NCBI GenBank assembly: GCA_002633005.1
Contig: NMRA01000470.1
Coordinates: 124,001 to 188,000 of the forward strand
DNA: 64,000 bases
Direction of reading: 5' to 3'
Source: Phoronis australis
Lineage: Eukaryota; Animalia; Phoronida
The translations under genes were made by a program, and so were the position numbers. Below, piece by piece: positions 12,458 to 25,530 of the stretch (position 1 is its first letter; every line of letters begins with the position of its first letter). The notes under the pieces are model-generated. The model searched no databases and was not told the DNA's origin. It worked only from the letters and a program-made list of their open reading frames with translations.

Positions 12458-14382
12458 CGACTGGAGACAACTTCTAAGCCGAAACTTTAAATTGAAGTAA
12501 CTGTCAGGAACACCCTATATACCTATGAAATGAAATCTCCAATTGTAATGACAGACGTTGCTGGTATCACAAAGAGTTTAGTGCTGGTTCATGGTTTTCC
12601 AACACGGTTCAAGTTTGAAATATATAATTATTGACTGAGGAGTCTGAATTATGTATTATTACACACATAGGTTCCATCATGCCCTGAGGACGTCTGTTGC
12701 AGCTAATCGCAGTTTGACCAATCAGGCGGCTAATTCCATAAACCTGACAAATCCATCCATATCAATTCAGTGGCAAGTGACCCTTTTATTGGTAGAAACC
12801 CATTGCTATAGGGTCAAAAGAATTTTTGAGACAAGTGGCAGAGAATTTTATGGTTTCACGTTTGGCTGAAAACGGGGATGAAATTCACCTTTGACAGTTC
12901 AAACCAACGACACCCTTCTTAACTATAAAACTTGGTTACTTTATAAACCGTGTTAGGAGGATAGAACCTCTTAAAATACATAAAATTTTCAATACCTAAC
13001 AGCTGAACATATGTTTCTTGTCCATTTGTTCAGTATGTTGGATATTAGGGCTAAGAGAGGAAGTATACTTTCTGATTAACAGTTTATGTTGTTTATGAGC
13101 AGTGCAAGTGAGGGACGTTTCACACACGTAGCTTGTCATCACTTTTGGAAAATTCCTTAATTTGAATTTACGACAGCATGCGGAAGTTACTCACATCGTG
13201 CGTACATGTAAGTGCAGGGTTCAACACCGTGTTTCGTTATGCAGTTTCTTGAAAAGTGCTGGGAGTCAACACACTTTTGAAACCAAGTCGTACACAGCTT
13301 TTCAGAAAAGAAAACTACCAAATGAGCAAATTAAATTGAACGTGGGGATTTGCAGTTGGACATGAGTTCGAGCTTTGAATATCTTGTTTACGCACAGTAG
13401 CGGTTTTCCCTAGGAAAGGTGCCTTTTCTGACAAAATTCCATTCTAAAGTTTTCACTTTGGAGGTTCAAAACTCCGCAAAGGGGTCTTTCTTCAGTTACA
13501 CATCACAAGGTTTTCGACATTATCTACATGTATATTTCAAAAACTTCTGGTACAAGTCTGAGATAAAAATAAGAAAAATATTGGCAGCCGAACATAAATT
13601 TATCAACATTCTGAGAGGTTCAGTTTTGGAGATGCTTACAGGTACAAATTATTTCATTGAGTGGGGAATTAAAACGCCTTCCGACACAAAACTATTTTAA
13701 TTTAGAACATTTGTCACTATGAAATTGATCTCAAATTTTTCTTTACCGCTTTAAAATTGATATCCTCTTGTTTCTGGTTATTATTCCTTGAGACCGTCCA
13801 AGTGTATAGCCTGATCTCAAACAAGAACAAACTTTAACGATTATTTGTAAGATTGTAGATTACATCTTCTTTTCCTTGAAATCAGTGAAACAATTGTAAG
13901 CAAATGCCTGTTCTTCTGTGGAGTTTTAAAATTGGTAGTTAAAATGATCTCGCAAAGAGGATGAATAATACATCGATAGTGACCAATTGAGTGCAAATTA
14001 AAAAGGTCCGTTTTGTCACACGTGACTTTTCTATTTTGGATCTACGCTTGGCAAGTCTTTCGTTTGGCTAAATTACTGTTTCGCAATTGCATTTAAATAA
14101 CATGAAGACAAATACGACATTTCAAGAGTTACATAAAACATGTTGAAAAAAAACAAGACAGAAAACTCTCGTGTTTTATGTTGAACAAATTTCGCTGCGT
14201 TGACGATGAACCGCCATAAGTCGCAACATCGCATAACCCCCGTGCAATCAAGCATCACATTCCGACGTGCTGAGGTACAAATTGGGCTGTATAACAAATG
14301 TATTTTGGATTTGTGATATTACGTAATATTCAAAAATGTCTTATTACTCTTCACCAATGTCCGAGTTGCCGTTCATATGCTG

Positions 14383-15641
14383 TCATTTCTCGTCTGTCAT
14401 TGAAGCTGCTTCGTCTTCTTCTCCGCAACTAAATAAGTCTTCTTCTGTTTCACTGTCTCTCGAAGTTACTGACCACTCCATTGACTTTATTTCCGCCGGG
14501 TCCTCATAACGGTTAGAAGATCGTGTTGGCATAATTTGGTTTTTCGAAATACTGACAGCCATCCGCTTTCGGATAGGCAGAAGTTCTCTTTGCATCTTTA
14601 CGTCTGCTGGTTCGACAACTTCATTGGTGATTTCGAGTTTGTGTGTTGCCGTAGCATGACACCATTTATAAAACATGTTAGCAGTTTTGCTCACTTTTTT
14701 AACTTCTTCGCTGTTGTACTGTGTTAAAATTTCAAGTGCTCGTGCAGCGATAGATGGATTAAGGTCGTCAATTTTAAAGTTCCCTAGTGATTTGGACAGA
14801 CCCATGTTGCTTTGGCAGAACTGTTTACAGGCTGTCCACTTTTTAGTGTATTGCTCTCGCTCCCCGAGAAGTAGTAAAGTTGCTATCATCGTGTCGTGTA
14901 CCGCTTTCGGCGGATATTGATAAGCCTTGAATTCGGCAATTCGCTTTCGGCTCATCTTCACAAGAGATTCTGTGTAAAGCTGTAGTGTTTTCATCGACTC
15001 CAGTCGGCTGCGAGCTGAATCAAAAAAATCCAAAATCTGAAAAAGCCCCCGCGACTCTGCAAGCTGTAAAATCCCCTCCATTTCTTCTAAGTTCCGAGTG
15101 CGTTCTGCCGTTTCTAAAAGAGGTTTAATTGATAGAGCTAAGACAAGTTTTACAGACAGAGCGATTAAACGTTTATCACCATCGGTCACTCCTTTCTTTC
15201 CCATTCGAGCAGTGCTTTCAAATTCTTTAAGTGTGTTTTGAATTCGTACTCTGTCCATTGATTTGTGAGACTTTAAGAGAGCAACCCTGTTGAGCTCATG
15301 TTTCACAAGAACTAATGACGCCAAAGATGCTGTCTGTTTCTTCAATATTTCTCTTTCAAGAGTTGCGGAAAGTCTCTTGTCTCTCGTGGCTTCGCCAAGT
15401 GTTTCGTCCTCTTCCGTGTACATATGGCCTGGTTCTTCTTGGTCGACATTGCTTGTAGTCGTGCCAGTAAACTGCTTTAGCTTGGTTGAATTCACGAACT
15501 CTTGTATTTTTCTTTGATAGTCAAGTCGATGGTACCAAGCAAAGACTGTCACAAAAGTCAGGAAAAAAACGCTTACCACAATCACGACGACTTTTCGCAG
15601 TTCTTCCTTGTCCACTGGGTTTTGCCATAGATATGTGGATA
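14383..15641 (-). CDS. Terminal exon of a large Ig-superfamily protein: TM helix, helical linker and dynein MTBD-like domain
   Basis: The ORF-track start is a GTG, and the frame stays open up to the acceptor TTTATTACAG| at 15642, which is phase 1 like the upstream Ig exons. TM segment VVVIVVSVFFLTFVTVFAWY (~15591-15532) is followed by basic residues. 14964-14650 reads IAEFKAYQYPPKAVHDTMIATLLLLGE..W..LGNF..YNSEEVKKVSK..FYKW, the dynein stalk-head pattern. Confidence 0.8.
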
Positions 15642-16188
15642 CTGTAATAAATCATACGTGGTGTGATAATTTTACAAAACGATAAACGCAGGTGTGAACT
15701 GAGGTGAGCAAAGTTACTCGCGCTATTTTGTTCGCACGTTTACTTGCTTCCAAGTTTGTGAAATTCCACATTCATGCAATAGAGTTGGGGTGACTAGACT
15801 GGGCACTACGCTATAAGTATATTCCTGAGCAAGGCGGCGGGTCCCTTTTGTCGAAATGGCCGACAATGACTCTTTGGATTGACTGGCAAGCAGACGTCTT
15901 TGTCTATAATCGAAGGAAGAGGAATTGATCACTACTGGCGTAAAATTGAGTTGTTGATGACAGGGGAGGGGGGGGTCAATTTGGTGGCAATCTAGGACAC
16001 TTTGAATTGAGCAGGTGGGGCAAACGCGAGATTTAACTGAGTTTCAACCGGGGTAGGACATTTTTGCGATGAGCACGCTGACCATGATCCCGTTGCTCCT
16101 CCATTTTACAGCTCAAACTGATATGATTCGATTCTCTGTTAAATTAACAATTTCATAATTTCCTTCAAACTAAAATATGTCATGAATG

Positions 16189-17029
16189 CATAGGCGGATT
16201 TTAGGGGGGGGCAGAGGGCCACCCCCCCCCTCTTGGCTGCCGCAAAAAAATAAAACAGCAAGAGCGTAGGGAAATGTTGAGTTTATTAATTTGCCCAAGT
16301 AATTAAAATTGTACGGATGAAAAAAGATTTAAATTTGTGCAGTTTTAGTGTTTGGGGGAGCTCAGATCTAATTTCAAGTGTGTGTCAAATTCGGAACACG
16401 GCGCATTCGTAACGGAACTATGGCTAAGTGTAGGCTCTCCCGCGATATCCCAGGCGACCGGTAGTGGCGCTGCGCACTACGACTCCGTTTCCGTCGTCTG
16501 CTACACTGTGCAATGAAGAAAATTTACTTCATTTTTTAAAGAAAATGGAACCTGAGTGACGATGAAAAAAACAGAAGCTGCTGGTAAGATGTGAATTTTA
16601 ATCTAAGCCTTAGTGAATCACTCAGAAACTCATTAATTCTCTCTTTGTCAAACCTTAACTTAAGACGATATCCAAAGCAATCCCGTCATTATTGCCAACA
16701 CGAAAAACGGATTTGGTCTTTTGGGCATTTGATGACAACTTTAAATACAAAAAATTTGTTAAGAACCGATTGCACAAAATGTAAAACGTGTAATAAGCAT
16801 TACAAAAAGAAGTAAGTTTAGCGCGCAAACGCTGTGGACCATAAACAAGTAGGTCTCTTAATTTTAGGTTAGTTGTGATGTCGTGGTGGTGTAGTGGGAA
16901 AGCACGTGCGTCCTTCCCGACCTCCTCCCATTCGGTGCTAAGCGCATCTACAATCGTGGTTTGCGCAAATTCTTACGGCCGGACAAAATGTTGCCCCCCC
17001 CCCTTTGTGATATCCTAGATCCGCCACTG
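16189..17029. mobile_element. hAT-like MITE with 6-bp TSD (TGAATG)
   Basis: Terminal inverted repeats (TIRs) CATAGGCGGAT...ATCCGCCACTG, with TGAATG at 16183-16188 and 17030-17035. A near-identical inverted copy lies at 48922-49571. Confidence 0.8.
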
Positions 17030-19005
17030 TGAATGTTTTCCATAGTGCTCGATCTAAAGAAATGCCTTTGCATCAGGTTTGCCAACATTCATACAGCTTC
17101 GTTCGGTTTGTCTAGCAGTTCACAAATAGAATTTTCAATTTTTAATCTTTCTTTTCTTAATTTTGATTTGCGAAAGCGTGTTGATTTTACCAAATGCTTA
17201 GTTAGTAAAAGTTTTGAAGATATGGAGTCGTCTGTAACAAATTGGTGACGTTACAGATTGCAGGTTTATCTCGTACTCATTATCCCACATATCATATTAT
17301 GTGAAAATATAGGGAAATAGAGTCAATCCGTATACAACCAGTAGAGGCCGTATTTCACTGTTGGTGTGTGGTCTCCTGATGGAATGAATTCGAGCTAACA
17401 ACGCCAAATTTGATTGGTTCGGTCGTTTGGCTTACTTAATACATTAATCCAAGGGGTCGTTCTCGAAAGAGCAGTTTTAGCGCTCTAAAAATACAAACTT
17501 TCTCCAAAGACAATTCCGACGCACTGTGATCAGGCGGCTATTTTTAGACCTCTCAAGTTTCAGGCCCGTAGCCCGGGGGTTCGACTCGCTGGTTCCCTGC
17601 GTGCCGCTAGGTAGCCAGTAGCCAGCACGCAGGTGTCACTTGATTTTCCTCGGGAATTTTTTTACACCGGCGTTTCTGATTGGCTAGTCGAATTCTCAAC
17701 AGGCAGCGCTTTACGCAAACAAACTGGCATGACTGATGGACTGAAGTGTAAATGTGGTCTGTTGTACAGACAAATCGGTGCTTAAAATTTGTGTTCAGGA
17801 AATGTGAATCCTAGAAATTATGATTGCGCCTTTTCGGATTGCATCTTTCTACTGTCGATGACTTTGTTTACGACACTGTCCTGTATTCAGACAGTATGAA
17901 TAACACACCGGTTAAATCGGCCAGATGTGTGTTTATTGTACATGTATGTGCTTCAAGCACGCGGCTATTAAACACTCATGCAGAAACGAAAAATTTGCTG
18001 CGACGCCACTTGCGTGACAAGGCTAAAAATCGTTCACAGTCTGCCATTTGTTTACGGTGTTGTAAAGCTAACCAATGACTGCTGAGGTTACATCAATCAA
18101 TGCTAAAGCGCGTGCCACTGCGTGATACCTGTGTGCTGGTTAAGCACGCTAGGGAACGTGCACTTAAACATCCAAACATATACTTTGAAAAATCGAGAAA
18201 GTTTGTAAAAGGGAAGCTTTGTGGAGCGTATTACTTCACTGGAATTTTAAATTCAATAAAAAACTTTGCGAATGCCGAACTATATTTTTCCAGAGACCTT
18301 CTCTGGTAAGCGCTAACGGAGACAACTGTGGCTCTAGTTCTCTTTTTTGCGAAATTGTATATCACTTGAGAAAAAGTGATGACCTGACGGATAACATCAA
18401 TTGCTGGGCATTTCCTGATTTTTGAGAATATAGATCTTTTTATATTTAGAGGTCCCGCCCTTGAAGGAGGCCATTGGTGACATTTAAGTTGCCACCCTTT
18501 TCCTGTTTTATTGACAAATTCTTCAGGGCCACTCCTGTTTTTTTGTGAAATCGTGCAACCGCATTTCATGTTGAGGAAGGTCCCTTTTTGCAGGGTCACA
18601 CGACGATGGAATTAACTGTTACTCTTTCCAAGCTTAGCTATGTTTGTTTAGCTGTTCATCTTAAGGTTAATTACATCAGTATTTGACCATTACGATCAAA
18701 AAAGGGACAAATGCCGCACTAATAAAAAAGCTTGTTTATGTTGATTTGACGTTTTGTCTATTTATTAGACATCACCAGGTTAATAAGACATCAACGGCTG
18801 ATTTCACAAAGGTGGTTTAACAAAATCATGTTTAAGGCTTAACCTAGTCTAATTTTAGACCTAACTTGCATTTCACCAATTTGGTTTAACAGTCTGAAAG
18901 CCTGGTTCTGTTAGACCAGGCAGCAGGTTTAGTAAAACCCAGGTTTAAAGTATCCAAGCCACCCTACTGTGTCAATCCAGATTAACCCAACAAAGAAACT
19001 ATTGA

Positions 19006-21691
19006 CACCCCGGCCAACCCGCGATCGAGAACGCCCGGAAGGCGATCGAGAACGAGACCTTACACCAAAAATTGCAGACGAAAGTACCCGGTGAGTTTAA
19101 GTGTCATTTTCTTCTTAAATAGAGGCTACTTTGGTACCAATGCAACACACCGAAAAGCGTCAGAGCTTAGCCTTTGTTGTGAATCTGAAATAATACTTGG
19201 TTTTTGCTATTTTTTGAAACAGAGACCGCAAAATGCAATGACTTTCGGTAAAATGACTTGCGTCTCGTAAATTCGTCTATTTCTACTTGTTATTAGCAAT
19301 TCCTGGGTTCTTTAGTGGACACGTGTGACGTTTATAGTTAAATCGTCCCTGGTGACGCCTTTGTTAGTTATAATTTGTGAAGCAATTCGAGCTATCTACC
19401 GATACAAGCAGGTCCTTGTGTGAGACGGCGATCGGGAACGAAGCTGTTAATTCTCCATGGCGATCGTGAACGCAAAAATGCGATCGTGAAAGCACATTTT
19501 TTCTGTGTATTTTCCTGAATAATTGTTCAAGTTACGGTGTTATATCAAGAATTTTAGACTAATGTTATACTTTCACCGTTTTTTTATGATTTCTGTGTGA
19601 GATTTAGCCTCACAAATATGATTTAATGCGTTTGATTTTTCAGTTGAACTGTAGCCGCATGAGGAGTCCTTCAGAGTGTTAACATACACGCCTTCAAAAA
19701 AGAGTACCGGTAGCACAACTACTGCATGTGACAAAGGGCTGTGTATGCATATATGTTGTGGAGCTTCGTTCAGGAAGAAACCTTTTTTGTCCGAAATAGA
19801 TTGTCTATGATTCAGTGATGATTTAGTTTAATACACTCCAAAAATAATTCGCAGGAAATGTACACTGGATGTGTTATGTTGATTTCCCTAAAGCAATGTT
19901 TTATATCTTATTTCTGTATGACCAATTTTGAGGTATGTGTGATAAACGATTAATAGTATTATAGAATTGCTTTAATATTGTTGTTGATTTCCTGTGTAAT
20001 CACTACATTGTCTTGAAGTGATGTTAAAGACAACATTTTAACTACGTTTTTGAAAAATCACAATATAGTAGGTGTATTATATCTCGCCTCACTCTTTTTC
20101 AATGTCACGTTAAACTGGAGATCATGAACCGAAGATGCACTCAGGACCAATACTACAAAACAGAAGAGTCAAACATATGTTGTATATCCAAGCCACACAA
20201 GTGCCACAAGTCAATCTGTTCATCTCTGTATCGATAATATCAGTAAATATCCAACAAAATATTACCCGTTTTATCAGCAAAACAGTTAACGCCATTTATG
20301 GGATTTTTTTTAATCCCAGACGTTCATGAGCGGTAATCTTGGAATCACCTCACGAATGGTGTTGCCGCATTCTTCTCGCTCCGCACAGGCACGCTCATCA
20401 CCATTCGTTAATTTCACAGGCGTATTTGTTTTTTTTTCGTTTTGCTGTCACAATCTTGTAAGAAGATTCGGCACTCGCTTTCCAGGGGCGGATCCAGGAT
20501 TTCGAGTTGGGGGGCAGGGTACAGGAATAGTCAGAATTTTGCCACATGCGCGCCCAGCCTAAAATGTAGGGATGCAGGGGCCTCGAATTTTTGGGTTTGT
20601 GGACCTTATTACTAAGAAAAGTACACGGGGTTTGTTCAAGGCCTATGAATTGCGCATTAACCCCTCGAGCCCACTTCGGTGCGTGCAGATGCTAGTCGGC
20701 AATTCACACCCCGGACTGCCAAATGATATCTGGGAGAATTTTAGGGGGCATGGTCACCCCCCTCCTAAATTTGCCACTGCTTTCATCTGCATCAACAATT
20801 TGTTTACTCCTGGCTTACACGCTACAAGGAACAATTGCTGGATGAGTCTTAGTTTAGAACCCCTTGTTCCACTTGGTTTCGTCTAAAAGTATATGTCTGT
20901 ATTTCAAAACCCTGGTAGGGTGTACTTTCACGCCCTGATTAATCTGTTCGTTGAAGCTCGACTCACAATAATAACAATGAACGTGTTTCCTGAAATGAAA
21001 ATAAATTCATTTGTGAAAATATCTATAATTAAAATAGGGCTTGATGAACATGTAGTCGCTCATTTTAATTTAATGGTAATGCTATGATATTGTTTAGTTT
21101 GGAAACGAAAGTAACAGTAATGACTCAAAATGTGATTAATTCATTGCACCACACTTATTTTGTAACCTTTTCACGTTTTATATGTAAAAATTTCATAACT
21201 GTTCGGCACACCACGATGCGTTCTCGATCGCATAAACAAACAAAAATCTGCTTTTCCGATCGCTTATCTTTGCGTTCTCGATCGCATCTTTCAACAGAAA
21301 AGTGTCGAAAAATCAGAGATCCTGACAAATCTACGAAAAAAGCGTTGTGTTATATTTTCACAAGTCACTTCTTCATAACTTCATGGTCAATTTATTGATT
21401 TAGTGTCAAAAATAACCGCAATTTGCCAAAATGATATACGAATCACCTTTGACTCAAGCGATGCCTCGTTCAACGTAACTTATCTCCAATAACTGGAACA
21501 GACACCAGCCCAAACCTCTACCTGCCCTTCCTCAATGTGTTACGCCTTGAACTCATGTCTCTGTTTTCACATTGGAAGTAAAAGCAACGTAAATTTATCA
21601 AATTCAATCACCTTGCCTGGCTTCGCTGCTCGCAACAGGTTTCTTTCTCGATCGCTTTCCGGTCGTTCTCGATCGCGGGTTGGCCGCGGTG
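19006..21691. mobile_element. 2.7-kb non-autonomous TIR element with CAC...GTG ends and 6-bp TSD (TATTGA)
   Basis: CACCCCGGCCAACCCGCGATCGAGAACG at the left end pairs with CGTTCTCGATCGCGGGTTGGCCGCGGTG at the right. TATTGA at 19000-19005 and 21692-21697. Repeated subterminal CGATCG(A/T)GAA motifs occur on both arms. Confidence 0.85.
20483..20779. mobile_element. hAT-like MITE with 5-bp TSD (CTTTC), nested in the CAC element
   Basis: Ends CAGGGGCGGAT and ATTTGCCACTG, with CTTTC at 20478-20482 and 20780-20784. Confidence 0.7.
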
Positions 21692-23127
21692 TATTGAAGT
21701 GCTTCAATGAAACCTTGATCACGTGGGTACGTAATGGCACTCAGCTGTGCAGACATTTGCAGAAAAAGGTCTTAAAGCTTTTCTCAGGGGAAAAATGTTC
21801 CCTCTCTTGACTGATCAGAGAAAAAGCCAATGTTATAGAGAATAAGAAAACTGGTGCCAAATCAAGTCAACATAAGCAGCAGACTTGGAGAGATACTGGT
21901 TCTGACTGGCTGCACAGTTGCCACAATCGGAGAAATGCATGGACAAACAGTTAAAGGGTGTCACTAAAAAAATAAAGGCCAGAAAGAAAATTTCATCAGT
22001 GAAAAAATTGCAAAGATAAACGGTGAGGGACCCAGTGGCAGATCTAGGGGACATTTTTCATTTTGTTATGTCTGTGTCCAACACACACGAAAGTACTTGC
22101 TCACGATTAGCCGCAACATATCAAATTTTATTTCGTGTCATTTTACTGTTTATTGCAGTCAAAGGGGGGGGGTGAGCAGGACCCCTGCCCGACAACCTTA
22201 ATTCGGGGACCAGTTGAGGTGGAACTCGGTCAGAAGAATCAGAAGATGCCGTCTGCATTCAAACCCGTAGCGCTTACGGCGATGATGCTCTACTCGACCA
22301 GTCGTATTCTGAGGAATCCGGAGGATACCCTGCAACACGCACTGGTCTACGTAGAGGCGGACCCAGGGAGGGCAAGGAGTCTGGACCCCTTTTTTCCCTT
22401 GATTTTAGTGATATCAAATCCATAATTTTCAATTTGTTGACCCAGATTCCCCTCTTTTAAAAATCCTTGATCCGACCCCTCTTTAAGAAATCCTGGATCC
22501 GTCTCACGTTTGATCTTGTGTAATCGTAACACTGAATATTGAAAATAGTCCGCTCTCGTAAATGCACACCACGGCATGATTCAGTTGAACCTATATCTTG
22601 CAAGTCTGTCATACTTAACAGTATTGAACTTGAGCTTGACCAAGTCTACTGAAGTTAAACTTGGTTTAAGATGTTATACAGGTCTAAGGAATGTAGGCCT
22701 GTATTGGTGAAATGCAAACTGACTTAGACCAGGTCTAGGCTGGAGTTAAACCAGGTTTTACTAGACCACTTGTCTAAAAGTTAAACCAACTTTATGAAAT
22801 GCAGATTATCTTTAAACCTGGTCTAAGTCCAGTTTTAACCAGGTTTAACTTTAAACCACCTTTATTATTTTATGAAATTGGCTTCAAGTGTCAACATACC
22901 AGTCAGGTTACTTCCATGTAGTGAAATGAGTGTAGCAAGAAATACAGGGAATAGTAAATTGGTCATCAAACAGAAAATGGCTGTGTTTAACTGCGACCGT
23001 GAGTAACTTACGTAATTGAGCAGTTTCTTTTCCACCGATTCTTCAATCAACTGTTCTTCTGTTCCACGAGGAATGAAAACAAATTATCGGAACCGATTCC
23101 ATTTCGTTACAAGTTTTCAGTATTTCA

Positions 23128-24186
23128 GTACCAACAAACCGAATTTCAGAACAACTTTTGTTGCTGTGAAGATGTTGAGAGATGTTCCAAAATTTTAGGT
23201 AATGGTGCGCGTCACGAGAGCACTGTTTCGTAAACGACGAAACACTGTTTTTATATTATTTTAGAAATATCCATTAGTTTCCTATGTGTGTGGTGTAACC
23301 TATAGGTAGCAGATTTGTGTAGGTGTAAGGTCGAAACAAGCGATGAGTATATGCCTTCAATACACTGTACTTACGTTGCTGAAAGTAGTCGCAAGGTATC
23401 ATCTCACTACACGACTTAAAGTTTCTTTCTGGTCCTGGGCAGTACTTTCCTCCATTCGAGGACGGCCGCGGATTAGAGCAAGTACGATATCGTAGATGAG
23501 AGGCTAGTCCACACGAACTGCTACAGTGTCCCCATTCCTGCCATGGAGACCACCTGCCATGAACTGATAACGGGAGTGTTTGTTAGTGGAAACACAATAT
23601 CACATGTAAGTCACATCGCACTTCACACCCACAGCGTCACGTATGTGCAATATAAANGTACCAACAAACCGAATTTCAGAACAACTTTTGTTGCTGTGAA
23701 GATGTTGAGAGATGTTCCAAAATTTTAGGGAATGGTGCGCGTCACGAGCGCACTGTTTCGTAAACGACGAAACACTGTTTTTATATTATTTTAGAAATAT
23801 CCATTAGTTTCCTATGTGTGTGGTGTAACCTATAGGTAGCAGATTTGTGTAGGTGTAAGGTCGAAACAAGCGATGAGTATATGCCTTCAATACACTGTAC
23901 TTACGTTGCTGAAAGTAGTCGCAAGGTATCATCTCACTACACGACTTAAAGTTTCTTTCTGGTCCTGGGCAGTACTTTCCTCCATTCGAGGACGGCCGCG
24001 GATTAGAGCAAGTACGATATCGTAGATGAGAGGCTAGTCCACATGAACTGCTACAGTGTCCCCATTCCTGCCATGGAGACCACCTGCCATGAACTGATAA
24101 CGGGAGTGTTTGTTAGTGGAAACACAATATCACATGTAAGTCACATCGCACTTCACACCCACAGCGTCACGTATGTGCAATATAAA
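23128..24186. repeat. 529-bp tandem duplication separated by a single N (probable contig-overlap artefact)
   Basis: 23128-23656 and 23658-24186 are identical apart from the 3 substitutions I could see, and are joined by an N at 23657. Confidence 0.9.
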
Positions 24187-25273
24187 AGCATAGTAGACAT
24201 TTATAAACCCAGGAGTGATATTTTTACAACCACATCCTGATCTTCTCAAATAGTTTAGATTCTAATTGTACTTATGGTAAATAAATCTCCACGATTATCT
24301 TCGAAACCGAATTTCCAACATCGCCTAGCTTAGTTTTGTGACTTAGCAACAGGTAACAAAAGCGGGTGCTCATTTATGACGAAAGCCTACTTGAGTCAAG
24401 CTGTATTAAGAATTCTGTCTTGGACGAAATGGCGGGTTATTGACATTTTAGAAGCTGTCTATGACTTTCATTTCTCATTATGAGTATTTTGGGAACGATG
24501 ATATTTACAAGTGCGATCCCATTTTAAGATTCTTAAACTAAAATCTGCAAACCGGTCACGAAGTAGACTGCAAAGAGAAAAGGTTTTGTCTAAGAGTAGT
24601 CATACGTTGGGTCAAAACAATTACAAGTACAATTACCTTTACGCACATCGATGTCAACAATATATGTACGTCATTAAATGATAATTTTACGGATCTTGGA
24701 GTTCAATCATTAATTAACTCTCATTAAGGTATAATCATTAAATTTAAAATACTCGTGGTATTTGTCACGTTCGGAGTTCTTCATTTCCATGTTATAGTTG
24801 GCGGAATCTACTCATCAAAAGGTTTTCGCTCGCATTGTCTGATTCGTATTTTCTTCAGACAGTGCCTCATAATTCAGCTGTGTTAGCGACGTAACAGACA
24901 ACACCGGTGCAATTATTTAAAATTTCTAAACGGTTACTCAATGGGTTGTTTATGATACATTTTCACTTATAAGCTCATTTTTAATTATCTATATTAACCA
25001 CGCTCGCAAACAACTAATAGTGCACAAGTATCACTTTAAAAATCCACTCGGCTGTCGAACGTGCATCCATAATTTTTCTCATTATTTAATATCCAAAATA
25101 CAAAAAGGGACGATAATGGTAATTAAACAGTCAGCATTAGAACTTTCAAAAAACATTTAGATAGTTTCCCAAGGTTTCTGTGTCACTTCGTAGGATGCAG
25201 TACTCGGAACGTCAACTTCGTCATGTTCTCAATGTACATGTAAGAGGTGCGGCGTCCACATTTACTAGCGGCT

Positions 25274-25530
25274 CACACGCGCACCCAGGGGGCTCGGGGG
25301 GCTCGAACGAGCCCCCCCCCCTCCCATTTGGCGAAGTGGGCAAAAAGGTAAGCATCTGAGAAACAAAAAGTCCGAGAGAATGAGACAAAAGTCCACTAAA
25401 CAAGCACAAAAGCGCAATTCACAGTGGTGCCCCCTTTCTTTTTTTTTTAGTCCGCCCGCTTTATTGTTATCAAAAGGTCGACAACGTCAGGAATTCGAGC
25501 CCCCTATGTTAGAGGCTGGGTGCGCACGTG
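25274..25530. mobile_element. hAT-like MITE
   Basis: TIRs CACACGCGCACCCAG / CTGGGTGCGCACGTG, with an internal GGGGGCTCGAACGAGCCCCC palindrome. Flanks are CGGCT / CTGCT (5 bp, one mismatch). Confidence 0.6.

Larger units (their letters stand above)
18796..22883 (+). mobile_element. PIF/Harbinger-derived element with Myb/SANT relic and nested insertions
   Basis: Left end GGCTGATTTCACAAAGGTGGTTTAA matches right end TTAAACCACCTTT..ATGAAATTGGCT. Subterminal repeats are AAACC/GGTTT-rich. A disrupted Myb/SANT-like frame at ~21775-21990 reads FSGEK..LI..IENKKTGAKSSQHKQQTW. A second right-end copy lies at ~38360-38755. Confidence 0.65.

Noticed and set aside
14383-15615. 410-aa ORF as a stand-alone single-exon gene
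   Set aside because: The start is GTG and the nearby ATG (15628) is out of frame and soon stops. A phase-1 acceptor at 15642 fits the upstream Ig exons.
16878-16915. tRNA-like A-box (TGGTGTAGTGG) as a tRNA gene or SINE
   Set aside because: No B-box or cloverleaf follows, and it lies inside a MITE.
19006-21691. RAG/Transib-like element next to Ig exons (recombination-signal-like ends)
   Set aside because: The ends start with CAC but lack a CACAGTG heptamer/nonamer arrangement, the TSD is 6 bp rather than 5, and there is no RAG-like ORF.
23128-24186. 529-bp tandem duplication as a biological event
   Set aside because: The copies are joined by a single N and differ at only ~3 sites, typical of overlapping contig ends or two haplotypes.
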